The position numbers were made by a program, and so were the translations under genes. The notes beneath the pieces are model-generated. The model had not been told where the DNA came from. It worked only from the letters and a program-made list of their open reading frames with translations, and did no database searches. A stretch of 36,613 nucleotides of DNA. It comes from a virus (lineage: Duplodnaviria > Caudoviricetes). Location of the stretch: positions 1-36,613 of IMG/VR virus record IMGVR_UViG_3300036819_000335, one strand, 5' to 3'. Shown in pieces: positions 27,265 to 35,798 of the stretch. Each line of letters begins with the position of its first letter. Within the stretch, counting starts at the first letter, position 1.

Positions 27265-27753
27265 ATGATGGACGTCGAGGTCGCGCAACGCGCCGCCGTC
27301 GTTGCCGAGGCGCGCTCATGGATCGGCACGCCGTATCACAACTGCGCGGACATCAAAAGCGTCGGCGTCGATTGCGGCATGCTGCTGGTCCGCGTCTTTG
27401 TCGATTACGGTTTATGCGCGCCGTTCGATCCGCGACCATATCCGGTCGATTGGCATTTGCATCGCAGCGAGGAGCGCTATCTCGGCTTTGTCTTCGATCG
27501 CGGACAAGAGGTGCGTCCGGCGCAGCCCGGCGATATCATGGTGCTGCGCTACGGCCGCTGCTACTCGCATGGCGGCATTATCGCTGCGGTAAGTCCGCTC
27601 ACTCTGGTGCATGCCTATTATCCGGCGCGCCGGGTCGTCGAAGAGGAGGTCGCGCGCAACGCCGTGCTTGCCGACGCGGCCCGGCAGCCGCGCTTCTTCA
27701 GCCTGTGGGCTAGGGATCGCGTGAGCTATCAGCAAGCCAAGAGTGCGTCATGA
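27265..27753 (+). CDS. Tail-associated NlpC/P60 peptidase
   Basis: ARSWIGTPY..GVDCGML..PGD..HGGI..VHA. Confidence 0.9.
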   Translation: MMDVEVAQRAAVVAEARSWIGTPYHNCADIKSVGVDCGMLLVRVFVDYGLCAPFDPRPYPVDWHLHRSEERYLGFVFDRGQEVRPAQPGDIMVLRYGRCYSHGGIIAAVSPLTLVHAYYPARRVVEEEVARNAVLADAARQPRFFSLWARDRVSYQQAKSAS

Positions 27754-30133
27754 GCATCTTCCGCGTCGGTGCCAAACAGCAGGCCGTGCCGCCGGACTAT
27801 ACCGGCCTGCAGATTCAGACGGCCGTCAATGCTTTGCCGATTCCCATCGTATGGGGCGAGTCCAAGCTCGCGCCGAACGTGGTCTGGTACAATAACTTTC
27901 AATCGATTCCGCAGCAGAACGGCGGCGGCGGCGGCAAGGGCGGACTATTCTCGACCGCAACAACAACCGGCTACGACTACACCGCGTCGATCATCATGGC
28001 GCTGTGCGAAGGCCCGGTCGTCGCCATCAATCAGATTTGGCGCGGACAATCGGTCTACACGCTTGCTGGCCTCGGCCTGTCGCTGTTTACCGGCACGACG
28101 CCGCAAACGGCATGGAATTATCTTGCCACGACCTATCCGGCGCAGGCCCTTGCCTATCAAGGAACGGCTTATCTGTGTGCGGCCAATTACGATCTCAGCG
28201 ACTCGGCGACGCTGGACAATCATAATTTCGAAGTGCAGGGCTTCTTCTACGGCAGCGGCGCCAACGGCGTCGACGCCGATCCGGCGAAGGCCGTTGGCGA
28301 CTTCCTCACCAACGCTCAATATGGCGTCGGCTTTCCAGCGGGCAGCATCGACGCCACCACGCTTTACGGCTCCGGCGGCGACGCGTCGTATCAGACTTAT
28401 TGCGCCGCCATCGGGCTCGCGCTATCGCCGGCGCTCAACGATCAGGAGCAAGCCTCCAGCATTCTCGCCCGTTGGCTGAACCTCACCAATACCGCGGCGG
28501 TGTGGTCAGGGGGGCTCCTGAAACTCATTCCCTATGGCGACGCCGCGACGTCGGTGGGGGCTGTGCAAACGACGACGATCGCCGTGACCTTGCCGGCAGC
28601 CGGGACGTTTATCACGCCGACGCCGCAGGTCTACGTGACACCGCCGTCGCGCTTCGTCGCCGATCTCGGCGTAAAATATTCCGTCAGCGGCACCGCCTTC
28701 AGCTTCATCGGCTCCGCTACGCCGTCGGCCGCCGGGACCTATGCCATTTCGCCGAGCGGCACCTACGTGTTCGCCGCCGCCGACGAGAATGCCGGCGTCA
28801 CCATCGGTTATCAGTACACCACCGCGTCAAGTTTCGCGCCCGATGTGACGCCGCTCTACAATCTCACCGACGACGATTTCAAGGCGGAGAGCAACGAAGA
28901 CCCGCTGCAGGTCACGCGCTCGGATCCCTATCAAGCTTATAATGTCTGGCGTCTGGAGATCGCGGAGCGGGTCAACGCCTATAATCTGACGACGGTGGAA
29001 TCGCGCGACCAGAACGCCATCGAGCTCTACGGCATGCGCATCGCCCCGACCGTCACGGCGCATGAGATTTGCGATCCCAATGTGGCGCTGATCGCCGGCC
29101 AGTTGATGCTGCAGCGTTCGGTCTATATCCGCAACACCTACAAGTTCCGGCTGTCCTGGGAATACTGCCTGCTCGATCCGATGGACCTGGTGACCGTGAG
29201 CGATACCGTGCTCGGCCTGTCCAATGCGCCGATCCGCATCGTCGAGATTGAGGAAGACGAGAACGGCTTCTTGCAGGTGACGGCCGAGGAGTTTCCGCTC
29301 GCGTGGCGACGGCGACGCTCTATGCGACGCAGCCGGTGTCGAACAGCCCGATCAACCGCAATCTGGTGCCCGACCCGGTCAATGCGCCGATCATGTTCGA
29401 ACCGCCCGCGGCGCTGGTCGGGGCGACCGCGCAAGTTTGGATCGCGGCGTCGGGCGGATCGGGCGGCATCGCTGATCCGATTTGGGGCGGCGCCCTGGTC
29501 TGGCTGTCGCTAGACGGCTCCTCGTATTTTCAGATCGGCACCATCGTCTCGCCGGCGCGCCAAGGCGTGCTGACCGCAACATTGCCGGCATTTACCGGCA
29601 CCAATCCCGATGCCGTCGACGATCTGGCGGTGAACTTGAGCGAGAGCGGCGGTGTCTTGGCGAGCGCCAGCGCGCTCGACGCCCAGCTCACCAACACGCT
29701 GTCGATCGTCGACGACGAACTTTTGTCCTACGAAACCGCGACGTTGACCTCGGCCAGCAATTATTCGCTCGCCACGATCTATCGCGGCCTCTACGGCACG
29801 GCGGCGTCGGCGCATGCGAGCGGCGCGCCATTCGCGCGCCTCGACAATGCGATGCTCGAATACGACCTGCCGCCGCAATATGTCGGGCAGACGCTCTACA
29901 TCAAGCTGCAGAGCTTCAACGTGTTCGGGGGCGGCGTGCAGGATTTGTCGAGCTGCGCCGTCTACACCTATACGCCGAGCGGGGTGGCCATCGATCATCC
30001 GGTGGCGCGCGCGCTTCTGGTGTCGACCTCGTTCGATTTCGGCGCGGTGACGGCGTCGGACACGACGACCGACGACTTCGGCGCGCCGCCAAGTCTTACC
30101 GTCGAGCTCGACGTCAATCTCGGCACGGCATGA
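27750..30133 (+). pseudogene. Central tail / megatron-like protein (phage tail-3), split by a 1-nt frameshift at about 29301
   Basis: PIPIVWG, MALCEGP, LDPMDLV, TAEEFPL, then continues in another frame as VATATLY..RGLYGT..FARLD..IKLQSFN. One extra G (ctcGgcgtg) restores a single ORF. Could be a sequencing error. Confidence 0.75.
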
Positions 30134-30145
30134 GGATTTTGACTG

Positions 30146-30703
30146 ATGACCACTGCGGTTCAGGTTCAATACCGGCGCGGCGCCGCGAGCCAGGTGGCGT
30201 CGTTCACCGGCGCGCAAGGCGAGCTCGTCGTCGACACCACCAATAATCGCGTTGTCGTGCAGGACGGCGCCACCGCCGGCGGCTTTGCCGCCGCCAAATT
30301 GACCGACCTCGGCACGGTCACCGGCCTGCACGGCTCGACCATCCAGACCGGCGTGCTCGAAGACCTGATAACCTGTTCCGGCGCATCCTCGGTGTCGACG
30401 GTGACAATCCCCAATCGCGCCATCGTTTGCGCGGTGTCGACCTATGTCGTGACGGCGATCACCGGCGCGACGTCGTTCAATGTCGATGCCACGACAAGCG
30501 CGAGCGGCGGCACCGGCACCACGGCGGGCCAATTCGGCTCAAGCCTCGGCATCGCCCCCGGCGCGAGCAATTGCGGCGTCATCGGCCCGACCGCCTGGTA
30601 CGCCACGTCCACAGTCAAGCTCACGGCCCAAGGCGGCAGCTTCACCGGCGGCACCGTGCGGGTTGCGATCCAGTACATTTTATGTGGCGTGCCGACGGGT
30701 TGA
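30146..30703 (+). CDS. Small tail-fibre-related protein (Mtd-N / hyaluronidase-N-like N-terminus)
   Basis: VQYRRG..FTGAQGELVVDTTNNRVVVQDG. Confidence 0.7.
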   Translation: MTTAVQVQYRRGAASQVASFTGAQGELVVDTTNNRVVVQDGATAGGFAAAKLTDLGTVTGLHGSTIQTGVLEDLITCSGASSVSTVTIPNRAIVCAVSTYVVTAITGATSFNVDATTSASGGTGTTAGQFGSSLGIAPGASNCGVIGPTAWYATSTVKLTAQGGSFTGGTVRVAIQYILCGVPTG

Positions 30704-30772
30704 TCGCGGCGCGCCGACCACGCGCGCCGACCGCGCGCTTCTAACTCTCTGCAAAAACCAAAAGGTGATCCG

Positions 30773-31195
30773 ATGCGAGTGATTCTCGCCACGGCGATCT
30801 ATTGCGTTTTGGCTTGTACGGCCGCCGACGCGCATGGCGGGCGCATTCATCGCGGCCTGTCACCCGCCGCGATGCTCGGGCCCGGTCTCATTCACATGCT
30901 GCAAAGCATGACGCGACCCCGCGCGTGGTGCGGCTGGTATATGCGGCAAATCGAGCATGTCGCAGATCCGGCCTTCAATCGCGCCGTGGAGTGGGCGCAT
31001 TACGGGCATCGCGCAGCCGCACCGGCACCCGGCGTCATCGTCGTGTGGCCGCATCACGTCGGCGTCATCCGCGGCGGTCCCGATGCCGCCGGCGACTGGC
31101 TGATCGAATCCGGCAATGACGGCGGCACTGTGCGCACGCGCTTTCGCTCGCTCGCCGGCGCCATTGCGCTCCGCAGCGGCGGAGATCGGCAATGA
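30773..31195 (+). CDS. Secreted CHAP-like cysteine amidase
   Basis: Signal peptide; WCG..W..YG..PG.IVVWPHHVG..SGN. Confidence 0.7.
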   Translation: MRVILATAIYCVLACTAADAHGGRIHRGLSPAAMLGPGLIHMLQSMTRPRAWCGWYMRQIEHVADPAFNRAVEWAHYGHRAAAPAPGVIVVWPHHVGVIRGGPDAAGDWLIESGNDGGTVRTRFRSLAGAIALRSGGDRQ

Positions 31196-31776
31196 TCGAT
31201 CTCGCCAAGCTGAAAGCCGCCAACGCCGCGCGCTGGAGGGCGATGCGCGCCGATCCAGCGCTTGCCGCCACTTTCGCGCGCGTCGCGTCGCGGCTCGTCG
31301 CCCCGCCGGCCAAGGCGCGCTACGAAATCGTGTCCGCAGAAACCAGCGTGCCCTCGTGCGTCATCGCCGTCGTTCATGAGCGCGAGGCGTCGCAAAGCTG
31401 GGCGGCCAATCTGGCGCAAGGCGATCCCTGGAACGCGGTTTCGGTTCATGTGCCGAAAGGGCAGGGGCCGTTCGCCTCCTGGGAAGCGGCGGCGGTGAAT
31501 GCGCTCGAACGCTCGCCGCCTTACGCCGCGCATTGGGCCGACTGGTCGATCGGCGGCGCGCTGACGCTGCTCGAATCTTACAACGGCCTTGGTTATGCGC
31601 AGCGCGGCGTGCCGTCGCCTTATCTGTGGGCCGGCACCGATCAATACGCGTCAGGAAAATACGTCGCCGACGGCCATTACGACCCGCAGGCGATCGATCA
31701 CCAGTTCGGCTGCGCGGCGCTGCTTTTGCACATGTCGCTCATCGATACGTCCGTGAAACTTGGAGGCGCCGCATGA
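31192..31776 (+). CDS. Lysozyme-like endolysin (COG5526-type)
   Basis: IAVVHEREAS, LAQGDP, LESYNGLGY, SPYLWAGT..GKYVADG. Confidence 0.85.
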   Translation: MIDLAKLKAANAARWRAMRADPALAATFARVASRLVAPPAKARYEIVSAETSVPSCVIAVVHEREASQSWAANLAQGDPWNAVSVHVPKGQGPFASWEAAAVNALERSPPYAAHWADWSIGGALTLLESYNGLGYAQRGVPSPYLWAGTDQYASGKYVADGHYDPQAIDHQFGCAALLLHMSLIDTSVKLGGAA

Positions 31777-32285
31777 TCCGCAAGGTTGCCATTATTTTTG
31801 GCCTCGGCGGCGGCTGGCTCGATCCGCGCGCCGGCGAGGTCTCTCTGCTCGCGCGGCTCAAGGCGCTCGGCCTCACGGTGCCCGATGCGCCGTTCAATTA
31901 TGACGATGGCCAGGGCGTCTATGAGTTTCTCAAGGAAACTGATTGGCGCGGCATCATCGGCGACAGTTTCGGCGCCTGCTTCGGTCCGCACTATGCCGGG
32001 GCCCTCGCGCCGCACACGGTCGACTATCTCGCCGGCTTCCAGCCCTCCATCTATTCGACGCTCGGGCCGGGCCCGATCGCGGTGCCGGCCAATGTCAAGA
32101 CCGCGCATTGCATCCGCGATCCCGATTGGATCGACACCGGCGGCCTCGGCTACGCCACATGGGTCGCCGCCGATCCGAAGAAAACGCGACTGTTCATCAC
32201 CGAGCACCGCGGCGCGCATCCGGACGACACCGGCTACGCGCAAGATCTCGTCTTTGCCGAAGTGAAACAACTGACTGGAGCCTGA
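31773..32285 (+). CDS. Small alpha/beta-hydrolase-like protein
   Basis: GGAGG RBS, ATGA overlap; IIFGLGG, IIGDSFGA (GxSxG) and a C-terminal His (GAHP). Confidence 0.55.
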   Translation: MIRKVAIIFGLGGGWLDPRAGEVSLLARLKALGLTVPDAPFNYDDGQGVYEFLKETDWRGIIGDSFGACFGPHYAGALAPHTVDYLAGFQPSIYSTLGPGPIAVPANVKTAHCIRDPDWIDTGGLGYATWVAADPKKTRLFITEHRGAHPDDTGYAQDLVFAEVKQLTGA

Positions 32286-32286
32286 C

Positions 32287-32523
32287 ATGACCGCTTCCGT
32301 GATGGTTCCCACCAAATCCGCGTGGCTGTCCAAGATCAATTGGACGCAGGGCGTCTCGAGCTTCGCCATGGTGCTGACGCTTGTCAGCGGCGGCACGCTC
32401 AACCTGACTGCCGATCAGCAAACCGCGATGATCGTCACCATCGGCGTCGTCGGCGACATCACCACCTGGGTCATCAAGACCTGGTTCACCCCGACCGTCA
32501 CGCCGGCATCGGTTAAGCCATGA
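32287..32523 (+). CDS. Putative holin (2 TM)
   Basis: KSAWLSKINW followed by two hydrophobic helices; in the lysis cluster. Confidence 0.65.
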   Translation: MTASVMVPTKSAWLSKINWTQGVSSFAMVLTLVSGGTLNLTADQQTAMIVTIGVVGDITTWVIKTWFTPTVTPASVKP

Positions 32524-32723
32524 CCGGCTTCCTCGAAGACAACATGCTGCGGTTCGAAGGGCTCGACGATCAGGACATCGCGGCACTCAACGCCGCGCTG
32601 CCCGATATTCAAGAGCTCGATGCGGCGCTGGCCGCGCAATGGCCGCGCATCGTTCGCGTGGCCCCGGTCCTCTTACGCATCGCTAACAAGTTCATCGCCA
32701 AACAGAAGGAACTCAAGTCATGA
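32520..32723 (+). CDS. Hypothetical protein
   Basis: ATGA overlaps on both sides. Confidence 0.65.
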   Translation: MTGFLEDNMLRFEGLDDQDIAALNAALPDIQELDAALAAQWPRIVRVAPVLLRIANKFIAKQKELKS

Positions 32724-33184
32724 GCTTTGCCAGCGCAGTTGCAGCAGTGGAAGCCGATATCGGCAAGGGCGAGCAGTGGGTCGTCAGCGAAATCGCGAAG
32801 GGCTGGCAAGCGCTGCAAACGGCGGAGCAGACCGCCGCCCTCGACGTGGAGAGCCTGTTCGCATGGATCGGCGCACACCAGCAGGATATCCTGACGCTGT
32901 TTCAGGGCGTCCTCACCGACCTGATCGCCATCGGCTCGATCATTCCGCAAGCCGCTCCGGTCGTCGCCACGGCCACGACGGCGATCGATGCCGCCACGGC
33001 CGCCGTCGATGTCCTGTCGCAGGGCATCACCGCGGGCTCGACGCCGCTTTCAACCGTTGCCAATGCCTATCAGTCGGTGAAAAACGCGCAGACCGCGGTC
33101 AACGCCGTGCTCAAGGCGGGCACGAGCCAGCCGGTGACGACCGCCGCCGCCAATACCGCGGCCAGCACGGCGGCGTCGTCCTAA
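32720..33184 (+). CDS. Ala-rich helical hypothetical protein
   Basis: Translationally coupled ORF with GC3-rich codons. Confidence 0.7.
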   Translation: MSFASAVAAVEADIGKGEQWVVSEIAKGWQALQTAEQTAALDVESLFAWIGAHQQDILTLFQGVLTDLIAIGSIIPQAAPVVATATTAIDAATAAVDVLSQGITAGSTPLSTVANAYQSVKNAQTAVNAVLKAGTSQPVTTAAANTAASTAASS

Positions 33185-33254
33185 CGAGGAGGCGCAGACC
33201 GACGTTACGCGATTTGCGGCGCTCGGCTGAATGAGGAATCTGGGCGAGGAGGCA

Positions 33255-33584
33255 ATGGCCGGCAAATTAGACGAGATCAGCCGCGCGATCGGCGCGCTGG
33301 AGACGAGCGTCGACGAGCTCAAACGACGGCTCGACGAAAGCCGCGAGACGCAATCGCGCCGCCATGCCGACAATGCGGCGGCGCTGTGCGAGCTCGCCGA
33401 CAAGCTCGACCGGCACGCCAGCGCCGTGGCATTGATCCAGCCCGCGGTGGCCGCGCTCGAATTGTCGCGCTCGAAACTGGCGACCTGGGCCTCGATCGGT
33501 CTCGCCGGCGTTGTCGTTCTTGGCTGGATCGTCGAGGCAGGGGTGAAATGGGCGGTGGCGCAATTCTTGGCGCATTTTCAGTGA
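33255..33584 (+). CDS. Coiled-coil protein with C-terminal TM helix (lysis-cassette accessory)
   Basis: GAGGAGG RBS; LDEISRAIGALE coiled coil followed by a TM helix. Confidence 0.7.
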   Translation: MAGKLDEISRAIGALETSVDELKRRLDESRETQSRRHADNAAALCELADKLDRHASAVALIQPAVAALELSRSKLATWASIGLAGVVVLGWIVEAGVKWAVAQFLAHFQ

Positions 33585-33651
33585 GCGATGGGCCGCGCAG
33601 TATGAAAAATTGAAGCCACCGCAAAGATAAAACAACCGGACACGCCGTACA

Positions 33652-34146
33652 TTATATGTGGACTTCGCCTCGCTGGCTTGGCCGGCGGGGCGTTTTTTTT
33701 GCTTCGCGCCGCGGGCTGGCAATATCCGCAAACGATGCAAATCGACTCCACATCACCGGCCGCGCCTTTCGTCCGGAAAGCTCGGTGGCGGGCAGCACGG
33801 TGAGATCGAGCGCACTCCGCGTCGGGGCAGGGTTGGCTTTCAGTCCGACCGTGCTCGTTCCCCAGTCGCCGCAGTCGAGCGTGGTATATTTGATCCATTG
33901 GCGTAAGCCGCGGTTGTGCCGCAACTCACGGCGGATGCGCAGGCCGAAATAGCCGGTGTGGGTGTTGTAAAATCCCGGCGACTTGCCGCGCGCGCGGCCG
34001 TGGCCGTGCACGAAGCGCAGCCGTGCCGCGCCCATCTCCCACGCCTGCTGGACGATGGTCATCATCGGCAGCCCGATGAAGTCGGCCGGCCGGTAACCGT
34101 GCAGGTCGATCTTGGCAAGGAGTGGGTTGGCAGGGTCTGCCGACAT
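33652..34146 (-). CDS. Stand-alone Smr-domain-like protein
   Basis: KIDLHG..LRFVHGHG..GTSTV; the C-terminal ~35 aa run through the terminator and may be spurious. Confidence 0.65.
   Translation of the reverse strand: MSADPANPLLAKIDLHGYRPADFIGLPMMTIVQQAWEMGAARLRFVHGHGRARGKSPGFYNTHTGYFGLRIRRELRHNRGLRQWIKYTTLDCGDWGTSTVGLKANPAPTRSALDLTVLPATELSGRKARPVMWSRFASFADIASPRREAKKTPRRPSQRGEVHI
33666..33700 (+). terminator. Rho-independent terminator ending the late operon
   Basis: cgcctcgctggc-ttg-gccggcggggcg hairpin followed by T8. Confidence 0.75.
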
Positions 34147-34406
34147 CGCCGGCCTTTCCAGGGATGATGCCTACGCCGCGAAGCAGCGCAAAAGCTGGCT
34201 GGGGTAGCTGGATACGTTTGAACTTTGTGTGTCGCGCCGAGCGCGGAATTACGAGCAACATTTGAGGCTATTCAAGAGAATTCCGCAAGCCTTGCACAGC
34301 GTTGGACAATAACTAGAACGGACAATCTCCAAAAACGTCGATCTAACTACGCCTTTGGTCCGCAGGGGCTCGCGACATCTTCAACATCCAATCATGGAGA
34401 AGACAC

Positions 34407-35798
34407 GTGCTGAACGAACAGCTGCGTGAGCAATGGCGTGTGCGCGAGCGCGCCGCGCCGATTTACCCGGTTATGACTTTCGCGTCTGACGGGCTCGTGC
34501 TGGGTGCCGGCACGGTACTCCTTCAGGCGGAGGGGCCACGTCGGCTGCAAAGCCTATGCGGCCAGGAAATGCGGGTGCTCGCCTTGTTGGCCGCGGCTTA
34601 CGGGAGGGCCGTGGCGCTAGCCGTCTTGGGCAACATCGAACGAGCCGCCAAATCCTGGGAGGACGGCGATCAATGCCCCGCCCATATCCACTTGGCGCAC
34701 AGCCGTCTGGATGCGCCAAGTGAGGTTAGAGCCGCAGCGTGCCGGTTATTCGTAGCCGAATGCGCGATGAAGGCCGGCATAAGCCCACGCGCCATCTTCC
34801 GGGCGCTCAGGATCGGCCGTTCATACGTAGGCGCCGTCGAGAAGGCTTACAACCCTGCGGAGCCGCGCGTTCCCGCCGGCAGCGGCAGAGCAAGCGGCGA
34901 GTGGGCATCCGACGGCGCGGAAGCCGGCGGAGCCGACGCCACGGGAGATGAAACAAGTGGCGACGGCGCACAAGGCTCATCTCTGCTCGGCAGAATGTCG
35001 TCCCCGGCGGCCAGCTTTCTTGGCGACCTCGACGCGGCCGAGGTGGCCGAGCTTGGCACCTATGCGTCGCGCATTCTCGGCCCGGTTGGCGCTGCTGTCG
35101 CGGCATTTGGATTACTGTTCATACCGTCTCCCAACGATGTCCGTGTCGAAGGCGAGGTGCCGGAAATACCTGGACTGCGCTACTCCTGGAACCGCGACGA
35201 GACCCAGCTTAATCTGACATACAACGATCCCGACGGTGATCAACGCACCTTCTCTGCGCAATTGGATGGCGATGTATTTCATGACGCGCAGGGCCGAGTT
35301 ATCGGCCGCGTCCTTTCAGGCAGCACCGTTGCCATAGATGCTGCTGCTGTATCCTCCGATCTGGTCGACGAAGACGAGCCCAGACTTTGCCCGGATATCG
35401 CGAAGGACAAACGCACGAATGACCTTGGCCTGGATTACGAGAACTATATAAAGAGTATCGTCAATCCAGAAAATCCGACGCCGCCCTATATGGGGTATGA
35501 GCTTTCGAATGTTACCAGAACGGTGTCGTTCGACGACTGTGAACATTCGACCGGTACGATGGTCGAGATTAAGGACGGATACGCGGGATTCTTGGAAAGT
35601 GATTGGGGCAAAGGGTTTCTCGCGGAGATATTTTGGGAGCAGGCTATGGACCAGATACGGGCCGCCGGAACGCGGCCCGTTCGCTGGTACTTTTCGCAAA
35701 GCGAAGTAGCGGATTATGCTAAAAAGATATTCAGCCAAGTCGACGCTCTGAAAAATATCGAAATCACATTTAAACCCCGGCCCGGGAGAACGAAATGA
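34407..35798 (+). CDS. Polymorphic toxin with Tox-REase-5-like C-terminal nuclease
   Basis: VEKAYNPAEPRVPAGSGRASGEW motif; hydrophobic segment (ILGPVGAAVAAFGLLFIPS); DYENYI..VSFDDC..MVEIKDGY..QIRAA..VRWYFS. Confidence 0.8.
   Translation: MLNEQLREQWRVRERAAPIYPVMTFASDGLVLGAGTVLLQAEGPRRLQSLCGQEMRVLALLAAAYGRAVALAVLGNIERAAKSWEDGDQCPAHIHLAHSRLDAPSEVRAAACRLFVAECAMKAGISPRAIFRALRIGRSYVGAVEKAYNPAEPRVPAGSGRASGEWASDGAEAGGADATGDETSGDGAQGSSLLGRMSSPAASFLGDLDAAEVAELGTYASRILGPVGAAVAAFGLLFIPSPNDVRVEGEVPEIPGLRYSWNRDETQLNLTYNDPDGDQRTFSAQLDGDVFHDAQGRVIGRVLSGSTVAIDAAAVSSDLVDEDEPRLCPDIAKDKRTNDLGLDYENYIKSIVNPENPTPPYMGYELSNVTRTVSFDDCEHSTGTMVEIKDGYAGFLESDWGKGFLAEIFWEQAMDQIRAAGTRPVRWYFSQSEVADYAKKIFSQVDALKNIEITFKPRPGRTK

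Larger units (their letters stand above)
1..33700 (+). mobile_element. Prophage / GTA-like morphogenesis and lysis module (siphovirus-type); left boundary lies outside the window
   Basis: Canonical order portal-protease-capsid-adaptor-neck-terminator-tube-chaperones-TMP-tail tip-fibre-lysins-holin on the + strand, ending at a hairpin/poly-T terminator near 33700. No terminase or integrase in the window. Confidence 0.92.

Noticed and set aside
30146-30703. Diversity-generating retroelement suggested by the Mtd-N-like domain
   Set aside because: No reverse transcriptase, no C-type-lectin variable region and no TR/VR pair with adenine-specific mismatches. The repeats in the window differ at all base types.
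1-33700. Calling the element a canonical RcGTA
   Set aside because: Only the tail tip is RcGTA-like; portal, capsid and tube differ and a lysis cassette is attached. Phage versus GTA cannot be decided without the flanks.
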